NCBI GenBank assembly: GCA_047495785.1
Contig: JBLDXI010000007.1
Coordinates: 4,526,001 to 4,590,000 of the forward strand
DNA: 64,000 bases
From: Lepidodermella squamata
Lineage: Eukaryota > Animalia > Gastrotricha
Direction of reading: 5' to 3'
Under the pieces are notes generated by a model. That model saw only the letters and a program-made list of their open reading frames with translations. It had not been told where the DNA came from and made no database searches. The position numbers were made by a program, and so were the translations under genes. Shown here piece by piece: positions 36,915 to 50,197 of this stretch (position 1 is the stretch's first letter; each line of letters opens with the position of its first letter).

Positions 36915-39900
36915 ATGATGAACGATGCGATTTTAGTGCTCGGAATACTCGCTAACTACGCCCTCGGCTGCTCGCCATCAAATCAACCCGGAAGAGTAAA
37001 TTCAATTAATGGGTTAAACAGCCATAAATATTTTAATACATACCGCACTTAGGCTGAAGTCAAGACATCCACCACTGTTTACGTGCAATGCCGCGAGAAA
37101 ATCACCGGAGCAGTGCGATGTGTTCTCACGTCGAACAGCTCAAGCGCTTGCTCAGCTACGGACGGATTTCAGGTAATATCAACATGATTTCCTCTATTGA
37201 CTTAATTATTGTTTGATCGTTTACCGGCTTAAGCTTGTCGGGACACAAACTTACGCGACGCAGCGAGAATGCTTCCTGACCCTGCCTGACGATCCAGTCA
37301 GCTTCCCGCCAAGGGTAAGACAATAAGGGAATCTCAGAGGAAACAAGGTTCTCTCAGCTACAACTTTCGTGGCGCGGAAAAATTCGATAGAATCAACAAA
37401 CAAAAATAAAAGAATTTTGTTGCTTGAATGGCTGGCGAACGATAAGAGTTATGCGTTATCTGTTAAGATACATGAGTCTAGCTCAGTTTGTTTTGACATG
37501 TTCTCTAGTGTGATCCCGAGTGCTTAAATGGCGGCACTTGCGTGAAAGGGGTTTGCGTCTGCAATACCAACTACATTGGCACAGATTGCGGGACAGGTAT
37601 ACACTCTTCAGCATAAAAGCTGTTTTCTGCTTCTGACATTTTATCTCTCAGTTAAGTGCAAGAATTTATGCTTGAATGGAGCGACTTGTTCTGCAACCGA
37701 CATTTGCACATGCCCTTCGACGTACTCGGGGCCGACCTGCGCATTTCGTAAGCTTACACGGCGAAACACGAAATTATGCAAATGTTTAGCAATTAGCTGT
37801 ATGTGCGGCTGGCTGCGTCAACGGAGTATGCATTGCGCCGAACAATTGCACCTGCGCGGCCGGATGGTCTGGCGCTGACTGCTCAAAAGGTAGGTCGAGA
37901 CATAATTCACCGTTCAACTGGCCCAACCACAGTCACTTGCAACATCGAACTGAATCTACCCGTAAGATGTTCGGGTTTGCAATGCGAGACATTAAGAGAA
38001 AAAATCTTCCGCAACTAGCAACATGAAACTCGTCACTAATGTGTGAATTATTTCTTCTCCAAGCTCTGTGCCCGGGAGGATGTGAGAATGGAGCCTGCAA
38101 TAAGCCTGGCGCGTGCACTTGCAAAGCCGGCTGGAAGGGAGAGGATTGTGCAACATGTGAGTTGAGAACAAGTTCAGAAAGCGAATTAAATTTCTCTGCT
38201 CATCATGCTTTTAAGCCCAATGTGCCGCGGCTCCGTGTCTGAACGGCGGCACGTGTACTGGCGCAGCAACTTGTGCGTGTGTTTCCGGCTGGAAAGGGCC
38301 CACATGCAATCTCTGTAAGTCTTTAAGCATGGAAAGCTGCGTATTTATACGATGACTCTTCGCAGTGGACTGCGTGGCACCCGCTTGCAAGAATGGTGGA
38401 ACCTGCATTGGGCCAAATACGTGCTCCTGCAAGCCAGGATGGACTGACGCTGACTGCGGAACAAGTTTATCGTTTGCCTTCGAATTATTGCATTAAACTT
38501 GTTCTCACCTTGAATAGCTCTATGCACAAATATGTGCGCAAATGGAGGCACTTGTATCGGCGTTAACACATGCGCATGCGCATCCGGGTGGAAAGGAGCC
38601 ACTTGCAACGAATGTTCGTGCAACTTATCCATTGACTTTTCATCTTTTAAACTTATCCTCCCACATTTAAGTTGAATGCGCAGCTCTCGCGTGCCAGAAC
38701 GGCGCCACGTGCAAAGGCGCGAACACTTGCGAGTGCAAATCCGGCTTTTCCGGCCCTGATTGCGCGACATGTTTGACAAAATCCTTCACTATTGCAAGAC
38801 TTCATAAGAGCTCCTTTAAATTGCAGACGAATGCGCGACTGCGCCATGCCTCAACGGGGGCACCTGCATTACTGCAACCAAGAAATGCACGTGTCCATCT
38901 GGATGGAAAGGCGATACTTGCAATCTCAGTAAGAACTAATTCCGCATTAAAATATATTCAAGAACATTTTCCCTCGTAAGTCGACTGCGTTAAGCCTTGC
39001 CAAAATGACGGCACTTGCATCGGCCCGAATACGTGTTCCTGCAAGCCAGGATGGGCAGGCATCGACTGCACCGATTGTAAATATTGTTATATCTAGAAGT
39101 TGCAGCGCTCTAGTCCTACTCTGAATGTCACAGCTCAATGCACAACGGTTGTTTGCAAAAACTCAGGAACATGCAATGGACCGAACAAGTGCTCGTGTAA
39201 AGCGGGTTGGACTGGGGATGACTGTGCAACTTGTTAGTCCCACATATTTTACTCGTAATCTAAACTTATGAAACGATGTAATAGCTCAATGCAGCAACTC
39301 GTGCCAAAATGACGGCGAGTGCACAGGTGTGAACACGTGTTCGTGCAAATCAGGCTGGAAAGGACAAGTCTGCAGTAACTGTTCGTCTCCGTTTTTTATT
39401 CAATTTCAAAATCTCAAGTTTCTTTTCTACTCAAGTTGAGTGTGTAGCTCCGTGCAAGAATGATGGCGTGTGCACAGGCCCCAACACTTGCGACTGCACG
39501 TTGGGTTGGGCAGGTCCGGATTGCTCCACCTGTATGTTTCACCAGTTCTTGCCTGTCATGAAGCGTGAGAGGTGTTTTCAACTAATTGAATAGCTCAATG
39601 TGCGACGCCTTGTCCAAAGAACGGACTCTGCACTGGCTTTAACGCTTGTAGTTGCAAAACTGGGTGGATCGGAGCAACTTGCGAAACAGGTAATCTTTGT
39701 TCTATCATTGCAACTCTCATCGATAGTGCATGTAAATCAACAGTAAAGTACTACCTACAAGGTTCGGCTTATAAGTACACCCCTGCCGTAACTGCGTGCA
39801 AAACTGATTCTTCAAGACTAGCCGTTCTGAAGACAGCCGAGGAAGTCGCCTTTGCTAAGGCATTCGCTTTCCAACAGCTGTACATCGGAGCCACGGCGAA

Positions 39901-40667
39901 ATTCGTGTGGTCTGACAACACTGTGATCGATCTCGGTCTGCCTATTTTCATCCCTGATTTCGATGCTGTTGCTGATGTCGGAAAGAATCTTGGCTGTGAG
40001 TTGTTTCTGCTTGGCAAGAGCTTTGCGACAGTGTTCTTTTTCAGGCCTGGCCTTTGTATACGATGCAACTGTTGATGCTGAAAAGTACGGTCTCAATCCC
40101 GTATACTGTTCGGACACATACGACTACGGGTTGTGCGTTGATGTTGATAGTGGCGCAGTAAGTTGCGGTTTCTCGAGTGTGTCACGGGGCATAACCTATA
40201 TGTCATGAAGGTAAAAGTAACTCAGCCTAGGACAGCTTTTACTGCAGATGAACTCGTGACGAGGTGTAGCACTGATTACCCAGGGTCGAAGCCCCTTGAT
40301 GTCAAAGAGCAGGCTGATGTTGTCAAAGTGAAAGATGCACTGCAGCCAATCAATAACGGGGTTAGATTTCAATTATTATTTTCATAACAGTTATGACGAT
40401 GATATAGGATCCAAAGCGCGCTTGGGTAGCTGGCCACCGTGTTGCGAAAACTTTCACCTACATCACTGGTCAAGATTTGGGCGCAAACAGTCCGCTATGG
40501 GGTGCAACACCGGATGACGCGAAACTGTGTAAGCTATGAAATTATGATAATCTGCAAAAAATACTTATGGATTTTTAATTTATGAAGGCGTTTCCATGAC
40601 AACGAACGGCCTTGTGACTGTCGATTGCAAGGCGTCATTGATACCGCTTTGTGAACAGACTCCATAG
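36915..40667 (+). CDS. Secreted protein: ~14 EGF-like repeats + 2 divergent C-type lectin-like domains
   Basis: Signal [18 protein letters not shown]. 14 single-EGF exons at roughly 150-bp spacing (37510-39690). CTL-like exons at 39745-40667 end in [15 protein letters not shown]. Confidence 0.82.
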
Positions 40668-40818
40668 GTTCAGATAAAATCAACGAGAGATTGACACAAA
40701 CATGAATTTCAATGACTGTTGGAAATGGTAAAGTCCACCACGGTCTGTACGCCGTTAACCTTGCGGGTTTAGGAGACTATGTAAAGGTGATTAGAGATCA
40801 ACTTCAGTGCCAGACAGG

Positions 40819-41015
40819 ATATCGTTAACGTCGTTGAATAACTCGGATTTAGGCTTGTTTACATTCATTTCAAGGTGATGGGTGACAGCTAAAAATGCCC
40901 CTGCTTTTGTTCTTCATTCACACGTTTAAAAAGCCGCTTTTCACTTGTCACCCGCGACTTTGAAATGGATGTAAACAAGCCAAAAACAAGCCAAATTCAA
41001 TGAAGCTAACGATAT
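40819..41015. mobile_element. Degenerate ~200-bp MITE-like inverted repeat; partial second copy at 45563-45598
   Basis: ATATCGTTAACGTCGTTGAAT...GGCTTGTTTACATTCATTTCAAG pairs with CTTTGAAATGGATGTAAACAAGCC...ATTCAATGAAGCTAACGATAT. Confidence 0.6.
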
Positions 41016-41482
41016 GTAGTGGAAATCCCCGAATTCATGTAATTCATTCATTTTATAGGTTGCGGCTACAATGGGGCATTTGCCCCGTTTTTAACCCTTT
41101 TTATCCATTGCTGTTAGCAGCAATATTTCTGCCGCAGAATCAAGCCCGATAGAACTAACCGATTTCTTTAGATTGGTATGCGAAGTAATAAAATGTCAAA
41201 AAATGATGTCAGGTAGCAAGCGAATGCTTGAGAAATAAGAGCTCGAGGTCATAAAGTAAAACCGGAAGCTGCATTATTTTCCTGTTTTAACCCTACTAAT
41301 TAACACCGAGCTGTTGATATTTACGTGCGTTATCGGTCTCTTTGCTTGACACAACAGCCTGTGACTGACGTGTTTATCACCAAGCAGGAAAACGATCTCA
41401 TCAGTACACGTTGAGAGAAAGCGCGTTTGTTTAGGCCTATGAGCTCAAGCTATATTGTTGACAGCAGCAAAGCATCCTAGAA

Positions 41483-44400
41483 ATGGCAACACGTTTTCTG
41501 ATTCTGATCCTTGGGATCCTTTTTAAGTGCACCCTATGCTGCTCGCCATTGAGTCAATCCGGCACGGTAAAAACTGGAATTGCTAACTAGGTAATTATTC
41601 GGTGCTTGGCTGTCTATTGCTTAGAATGAAGCGAAGACACCTGCTTCCACTTATTACGTAAAATGCAATGAAACTATCACCGGGGCAGTGCGGTGTGTTC
41701 TCACTTCGAACAGCTCAAGCGCTTGTTCAGCAATAAACGGATTCAAGGTATCAAAAACGCATTCACTTTCACAATATGAATTGTTTGTCGATTCAAGCTC
41801 GTCGGAAATCAAACCTACACAACGATGCGAGAGTGTTTCCTGACACTTCCCAACGATCCAATCAGCGTTCCGTCAAGGGTGAGCAATTAAAGCCATCAGG
41901 TGAAATCGGCAATCGACTCCTGATCGACTGCCGCCTGTTTTGGCTGGCAGCGAAATACCGGTCATCCGAATTGTGCGCGAACGAATGAACCGCAGATATG
42001 TGTGATCAGTTATTTCGATATTTCGCTGCCAGGCAAACCAGGCTGGAATCGCTGTTTCTGCGAGATTTCAGTCCTTGAACGTACCGTACCTATGCCTATG
42101 CGGAATCGGGCTGAACCAGGGCGAATCGTGCATATTCGCGCTTCATTCGTTATAAAGACACGGCTCAAAGCACTTTTCATGTCTCAAAAATAAAATCATT
42201 GTTGAATGATTTCTAGTGCGATCCCGAGTGCTCAAACGACGGCATATGCGTGAAAGGAGTTTGCGCCTGCAACCCTTCATGTTTGAATGGTGGAACCTGT
42301 TCAGCCAACAACAAGTGCATATGCCCTTCGACGTCCACAGGCACAGCTTGTAAAACTCGTAAGCTGTTGCTTTCAGTAAATTCATTCAGCATCGTGAAAA
42401 ATTGCATCAGCTGTATGTCCTGCTGGCTGCGTCAATGGAGCATGCGATTCGCCCAATATGTGCACGTGCAAGTCAGGATGGTCTGGCACTGACTGCTCAA
42501 AAGGCAAGTCGTCGTGTAAAGATGTTTCCGCTAGCCATTTTCTCTGCGAGCAAAACAGTTACAAGTTTTCGGGTCGATCCTAGAGACCGACATTTGACAG
42601 TTTTCTAAATTCATTGACAGTTTCTCTGAATCCCATTTCAAATGCAAACATTGAAAGGTGTTATTGTGCTTGCATCGCATTTTATTTGCCGCCATCGTGT
42701 CCAAAGGCGAAAAAAGAATAATTCAGAGCATAAGAAACTTTAAATTACCGTAGTTACCGAAATACTAACCTGGGCTTATACAAAAATGATACATCGAAAA
42801 ATACTTGGGAAAAGTAGGCTACTATTCAAGTTCAAGACTAGGCTTCTATTTGAGATAGGCTTCTGCAACGAAGACCCGACTTAATTTTGCGTGTTTCAGT
42901 CTCAAAAGTCATAAAATGTACATCATCAGCTATTAGCTAGGTTGCCTAGTAGCTGAAAATAAGGAGGAATAATAAGGAGCGCCAGAATAGAAATCATCGT
43001 GAATCGCAGATTATTAAACATCTTTTGGCATTTTTCGGTTTTATAACCGTTAAGCTTCAGAGAACACACTTGCCGTAATGGCCTATAGGCTACTATTTGA
43101 GATGGGACTATGCATCGACGAATTCAAAGTTACCTAGGATTCTAAACAAGGCATGCAGATTCGCAATCATGGAATTGGTTTTAAAAGCGCACATCGCGCC
43201 TTCCGCGCCAGAACAGTGTGCCGGAAATAGAAACAAATGGCGTAATGCATTTGATGCGCAGAAAAAACTGGCGTTCAACTTTTTCCGGCGATCAGGCACG
43301 CGACTGACTGGGCGAAGATGCAAAAAGTTTAAGCCATTTGTTTCTATTTCCGGCACACTGTTCTGGCGCGGAAGGCGCGACATAATGCACAAAACTCAAT
43401 ATTTCAATACTGGCAATTTTCGGGATATTGGAATGCGGCGAATCGCCGAATAATTTTTTCAATCTGAAAAGGCGGAGAAAATTGCTGGCTTCTCAACTTC
43501 CGAATTACATATTAGTTGAAATCTTAGTTGTCAGCAACCCAGTTAAAATTGCTGTTTCAAGTTGTTGTTTTCGATTCTAGCACTATGCCCGGGCGGCTGC
43601 GTTAATGGAGCTTGCAACACGCCGAACACATGCACCTGCAAAGCCGATTACTTTGGGACTGACTGCTCAAAATGTTCGTGTTCATTTCTTGGTGTCCATG
43701 GCGTTTCATATTGCAAACCCTGTTAATTGCTGTCACCAGTTAGGTACTACCTGCAAGGCCCGGTTGTTAAATACACCGCTGCAGTGATAGCGTGCAAAAG
43801 TGCTTCGACAAGGCTAGCCACGTTGAAAACATCGGATGAGGTTGCTCTTGCGAAAACACTAGTAACCACGCAACAGCTGTACATTGGTGCAACGGCGAAA
43901 TTCGTCTGGTCTGACAACACTGCTGTGGTCGATTCGTCGTTTTTTACCGCCGATTTAGAAGGGGCTGGCGATCTTGGCTGTGAGTTGCCATTCATTTTGA
44001 AGACATTGCTTACATGTTGCTCAACAGGCCTGGCCTTCGACTACGATGGAACAGTTGGTGCTGAAAAGTACGGCCTCAATTTCGTACCCTGCACTGCCGA
44101 TTTCGATTACGGGCTGTGCGTTGACGCAGGCACTGTGAGTCGACGGCCTTTTGTTCTATAATGATTGTTGCATTGCCTTCTTGCTTCAGGTGAAGACAAC
44201 GAAGGCTGGAACCCCGGTTACTGCGAATGATTTAGCAACCAGGTGTACGTCTGACTACGCAGGATCAACGCCGCTCAATGTCAAGCTGCAGGCTGATTTT
44301 GACGCGGCAAAGGCGGCTCTGAAGCCTATATTTGACGCGGTAAGTCTATTCAAATCTAGGTCTTATTGCTTAAAACGGCTGCTCAATAGGACCCGACATC

Positions 44401-44995
44401 AAAAAAGTCTGGCGTGGTTGCTGGCAGTCGTGTTGCCGACACATTCACCTACATCACGGGTGGAGATCTGCTCGCCACCGGTCCGCTGTGGGATGTAACG
44501 CCGGGAACAAAATTATGTAAGTAACGAATAATCATACATTGTGTGACCACTTAAAAGTCCAATCCAATGCGCACGTTGATTGGTCAATCGATCGTTGCTA
44601 TGACTCCCGGATGAAACGTTCTGTCGTGCGATCCATAAGATTTTTTGCAACAAGTGTTTTTTGCCGCAGCAATTTACCACAATTAATATGGAGTTTACGC
44701 TCGTGGTCAATGGAAACCGGGCAGAGGGCGTGGCAAGGTCATTTTTTTCATAAATATAAAATAATTTATTAGTGGATCGCACGACGGAAATGTTTCATTC
44801 CGGAGTCATTAGCAACGATAAATTGACCAATCAGCGTGCGCGCCAAGGTTCAACTTACCAGTGGTTCCACAATGTACTACTAAACTGAAGTTTTCATTTC
44901 ATTTTCAAGGCGTTTCTATGAAATCGGATGGCAAATTACTGACGGCAGATTGTAAGACGGAGTTGCTGGTCCCGCTATGCGAGCGAACTGCTTGA
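41483..44995 (+). CDS. Secreted protein: 4 EGF-like repeats + 2 divergent C-type lectin-like domains
   Basis: Signal MATRFLILILGILF. The 5' exons resemble the gene at 36915. The 3' exons are nearly identical to the gene at 14020-16403. Ends PLCERTA*. Confidence 0.8.
43194..43380. repeat. 187-bp intronic foldback with perfect 48-bp arms (MITE-like)
   Basis: TCGCGCCTTCCGCGCCAGAACAGTGTGCCGGAAATAGAAACAAATGGC (43194-43241) is the reverse complement of 43333-43380. Confidence 0.85.
44537..44874. mobile_element. Tc1/mariner-type MITE (TA TSD) in an intron
   Basis: TA|CATTGTG...CACAATG|TA with long imperfect inverted arms. The paralogous intron at ~14130-14150 shows the empty site. Confidence 0.88.
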
Positions 44996-45705
44996 TTTCG
45001 GTCGAGTTCTTAGGGATAACGAGAGTTTAATTAAAAGGATCTGATCCTAAGTTTGTAAACAAACCAACACATCTTCAGCTCCATAAGCTGCAATTAACGC
45101 CTGATTATTCATAAATGAATTTTAGAATTTTTTTGTGAATTAGTGCACTCATTTTGACGAATTTTTCTACGAATCATTTGTCATTCGATGGGGAAACTTG
45201 GGTAGTTTTCTTGAGATATGCTTTGCTTTAAAACGAAGTAAAAAACATTCACCGTAAAATAGCGCAATAAATAATTCAAAGCGCAGCAGATAAAAAATGG
45301 GCATTTTTGCAACATGCTTTTTCAAATATTGCTCGCCATGAATTGATCACCCTCTTCGCCACGAGCGAAAACTATACGAATGAAGATCTATGATGAACAA
45401 ACGTGAAATTACCGACTCCTCGATCGTGAGGCTTTAGGGACGGCAATTCCTGCAAAATTGCCGATTCGAGCCTAGAAACACAGGAGCAGCGTATCCTCGT
45501 CTCGTTAGAACCTGGGCTCCACCCCTTGAATACCGATTTAGCGAGTGAATAATTTCTGGTTTAACAAGCCTGAATCCGAGTTATTGAACGACGATAACAA
45601 CATGGCTCGTTAGTAGTTCGTCAAACTAAGTTTACCATCTCAAAATAAAATTGAGAACAAGTTCTGAGACATACTTTACATAAAATGAGTAATAAAACAC
45701 TGAAA

Positions 45706-48700
45706 TCAAAGCATTATGACAACAACAGCGTAAATGTTGAAACTCGTGATAGCTACCACTGAAAACATCAACACTGTCAAATCGAGGGCGCGGATTAACG
45801 ACAGTTTCCTGCTGCTGCTTGACTTTGAATGTCCCTTAGCCCAAAGCGGTCTCGAGCGAGCCAACATGTGCACAACCATGTGGTACATGGTTATGAAACC
45901 CGATAGGCCAGTCATCATGAGGATGTACTCGACGTACAAAATCCGCTGCGACGTCTCCGGAACACCGCGAATCACATCAGACTGCGCAACAATCATAGCC
46001 AACATGATGGTGCCTGAGAACAACGGCCGGTCGGAAATGTGAGGGGGAATGATGAAAGATGACAGAACAATGCCGATGAGAATGTAGCACGGCACCATTT
46101 GATTGATCAAGAAGTGGGTTGCATCTCGGCTGTAGGTGAGCGAGAACTTGGCATAGCTCAATACACCGCCGTGGCGTTTATTCGAGGGCGACTGTGCAAA
46201 AATCGCGTCGTAGCTCTTCATCATCCACAAATCGTTCGATATAGCCTTGAGGCCACCAAGATAAACCCCGGCAATCGAAACGTACACAGATGGTTCGTCG
46301 ATAGCATAGGTAAAATCACACGTTTGTGTATCAAATGGATACTTCCTCAGGTTCAACGTGCATTTCGAGATGAAAGTTCCGAATTTAGCCATGTAGTGGA
46401 AAAGAGTTCTATTCGGCCGAGTAGGGTAGTAGACAATTTCGAATTCCTCCGTGAAATTCGAGCCGAGCATAAAAATGTCTGAAGTCCCATTGATGAATCG
46501 CAGCTTTGGTGTCCAAATGTCGCCGCGTTTTGCCGCGTAGATGCGTTCTTTATCCTCGGCCCAAGGGGCTGTGTACGAACTGTCGCAACTGGTCACGCTC
46601 CACTGAAGCGAAACTGTACCCATGACTGAGATTTGCTTCATCATTGGGTCGATGAAGTTGAGCCGTTCAATCGAAAAACCGACGTAGACTCCAGTGTTGT
46701 AGTCGGGTGCCTTTACATTCGGTTTGAGATACGGACATGGCAGGAGATCGCTGGCTTTCACGATAGGAATCACATTGCCGTCAATCATTTCTGGAATCGG
46801 AAAACCAGTTTCGACGTCTCGGTCGAAATAATCCTGGCCTTTTGATGGACTTGCCGTTCTAACTTTGTTCGGTATTGGGGCAAGATTTACAGTATTCTTA
46901 GTTACAACTTGGCTGGTTGAATCGAAGCCACTTGTGCTTGGAGCAGATGTTCCAGAAATCGTACTAATATTTGCAGACTGAGCGCTGTATATCCCAAGTG
47001 GAGTGGTAGATGAAGCAATCGAATTTCCTCCATTTGGTATGGAGGTCGCACTTGCTGGAGTGTTTGCAACAAATTGAGTCGTGGATGGACTTGTCGAAGT
47101 TGAAACTGAGTAGTTTCCTTTGTTAAGCCTGCAGACGCTTTCAGTTGAACGAAATGTAGAAAAAACCCTAAATCTACCTGAAGAAATATTGCTTAGAAAC
47201 AGTCGAATCTCCATACGCCGCTGATTAATAGAATCTCGATATCAGGAAACAGATTGATATTACAAGTTACAACTTACAGAGCATTGATACCAAGGATATG
47301 TGAAAACCGTTATAAGTTAACGCGGAATTGAGTCCAGTCATTTTGTAGTCGAGCAAGCATATGACCGGCGATAGAGGCCCAGTCGGAAGGAGAGGAGCCA
47401 TTACAACGGAGACTGTGTCATTGTTGTATGTTTGAATGATCAGGCGATAAATCGTTGAACCGGAGGAGTTGAAAAGCAACGAGCTGACATAGCCAGAGTT
47501 CCAAGAAAACAGGTACGGGCCGGGTAACGCTACGTGAGGTGATGTTTGCGTGTAGTTCCACATATTGCCGAATAAACGTCCGCCTGGTTTGACTTCTTGC
47601 ACGAAATAGGCGCCGTAAATTGAAGCAAATCCATCGAATAACGCACTGCTGTTATCTACTCGGCCTTGCATGCCAACATGTTTGTATAAGTAAGCATTGA
47701 AAAACTGGCACTGGAAATACCGTAATACGGCGACGTATACGAGAGAACAACCCCGAACCAGCCGCCACTACCATTAGTCAGATATTGGTGAGTAACATCG
47801 AGCTCAAGTCTCCAGCCTCCCATGGGAATAGAGGGCCACTTCAAAGATTTAAATTTTATTATAAGCCGCGAAAATTTCGAGAGTCATTCATACCTGGTAC
47901 AAATAAGCACTGCCGAAAGCATTCAAAGCAACAGTTTCGTTGATGCGTGTGAGCGAAATTGCGCCAGTTACCTTCTTAGCATTGCTAGCTTTCGCCATTG
48001 TTCCATTTTGGCTGATGTTCGCATTGACTGCGTCGAAAGACAACTGGGGAAGGTACGTCGGAGTTGAATCCCAGCCATATGGCAGACCCCACGTTGTCAT
48101 GTCAGGCAGAGGTTCCATTTTCGGGATAGCTGCTTGAAAATAGAAAACAGTGATTGTTTTTGTGGCATTATTTGTTTATTCCGATTTTAAATAATTTCAA
48201 AAAAACGCGTCCCTAGAAATACCCAGATCCCCTCGGTTCTTAAATATGTTCCCCGACTCTTTTTTTTAATTTCTATCATTTTTCAGAATCGAAAATTCTA
48301 CTGTGCTATTTGCAATTTAAATCACTTGTTGTTGAGATGATCGGAGTTGTGCTTGTTGTGCTAGTTGTGCTGGTTGCTGTAGTGCTGGTTGAAGTAGATG
48401 AACTCGGCAAATTCAATGTCGTGGTCGATGACAAGATTGTCGAGGTGCTGAGCTGCGTTGTAGAAGTGCTCGATGGCGCAGCCGTCGTGGTTGTCGAAGT
48501 TGGGACTGTTGTTGTTATTGCGCTAGTAGATGTAGTAGACGTTGATGTTGTTGATGTCGACGAGCTGGTCGATGACGTTGATGTAGTCGTTGTTGTTGTT
48601 GAAGTCGTGGATGTTGAGGTGGTTGTTGCCGGGCTACCATTCAACCTATTCATTAATCAAGACTTCAATTAAACAAAGGTCACTGAACAGTTTTGGCAAC

Positions 48701-49832
48701 ACTTACAGCCAGAAGTAGATTTTGCTGACAAAAATCTCGCCGTAAATTCCTTGTCAGGAAAAGTGATAGAAAATTCGAATAAATGTATGAATGTGACTAG
48801 AAGGAACCTTGCATAGCTGTGAGACGCATCCTGACTAAGTACGACGAAAGAATGGCACTGAGACCTGGCATTGAGATGCTGCTGAAGCATGTCACAGGCG
48901 GCTTGTTCGCATCCAGCGGAAGCGGCACCAGAACAGTCTACAATTGGCGCTGAATATGTTTACGTACTAATGAATCGAAAACCTACCGTGACTTGATCAC
49001 CAACGCTCTGAACAATCAGGCGATAGAAGGAACTTCCTGAAGAGTCGAACAAAGTGGCACTGTCACAACTGTTGGTTGAAACCGCTACGATTGGAAGGCC
49101 GGGCAGCACGTTGTACGTGGGTGAACTGACGTTGCGATAGACGGCGTACAGTCGCCCGCCTGGTTTCAATTCCTGCCACAACGCCATGCCTTCAAGGTTG
49201 CTGTAAGTGTCCTTGAAAGCACTCGCTCCGGACAGGCCGTACAGAGGAGTGGTGTCTGATAAAATCAGCCCGAACCACGCGGCGTTGCCGAGAGTCACGT
49301 ATCGAACGAAAACTTCCATTTCGGCCCGCCAATTTACAACAGTATAGAAATACTGCAAAATGCAAAGTTATTATTAGTAAGCTGTGTATTTTATTCTTCA
49401 AATTATTTCATAAAGCACCGGCCACGGGTGGGCTTTGGGCGCCCACATCGGAGTGTTAGTTATTATTAGTAGTTGGAAAATAGTCGGATAGTTCCAACAA
49501 AACAAATTGCTTAATTTGGAAGCTTCAAAAACGCGAATTTCCCTGAACTTTACCGAGCTTGAATACAGAGTTCCCATGTAATTCGGTCCATTGTACGTTG
49601 TCAGCCAGTAGCCTGTTCCGTTCATCGCGGTATCCAAGCCAATGGTGATGCTGCCGTTCTGATTAATTGTTGCCGATGTCTTGTCGAAGGATACGTACGG
49701 TACGTAAGTCGGCTGTGCCTCCCAAAGATATGGCAGCGGGAAAGAGGCTGTATCCGGGGTCGGATCAACTCCACCTTGTACCAGGGCCAAAACAGCTGCC
49801 AGCAACGCAGCAATGCCAAGCTCAGTGTTCAT
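45706..49832 (-). CDS. Two tandem lectin-like (ConA-type) domains, each followed by an S/T linker, + Cys-loop channel subunit (gene F)
   Basis: Signal MNTELGIAALLAAVLALVQG. Domain 1 (PLPY..WRAEM..WFGLILS..WQELKPGGRL) and domain 2 (GLPYGW..WRLEL..WFGVVLS..VQEVKPGGRL) are homologous. S/T linker 48310-48650. Cys-loop CTLNLRKYPFDTQTC and 4 TMs. Confidence 0.78.
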
Positions 49833-50197
49833 GTTTGCCTAAATGATGCAAAGGCGTATGTGTTGGTGGCGATAAGGGTTGGCTGATCACAGAATTCCTT
49901 TCCCTTGTTAATAATTTACAGGAGCTTCCCCGAAAGCGATTAGCCGATTTCGATTAGCCTGTGGCGCAGAATTTTGTCGTCTGGAGCAATCTCATCAGTA
50001 ATAAATCATTAGCTCGCTCTGGTCGCTTGCCAAGTCTCTAAAAAGGCCCCGCATTTTCTCGAAAAATTTAGTTCAATCGAACATCGATGCCTAGATGAAA
50101 TACCTCGACGTTGCACATTACTCATTTTCAAAGCAAATTTGCGATATTTTACTTGAAAAAACGCGCAGTCATGGTGTAGAATGAAATAAAAAGTTCA

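Noticed and set aside
37510-39690. Regular ~150-bp periodicity resembling a CRISPR or satellite array
   Set aside because: Explained by EGF exons plus short introns, with no identical nucleotide repeats. The DNA is eukaryotic.
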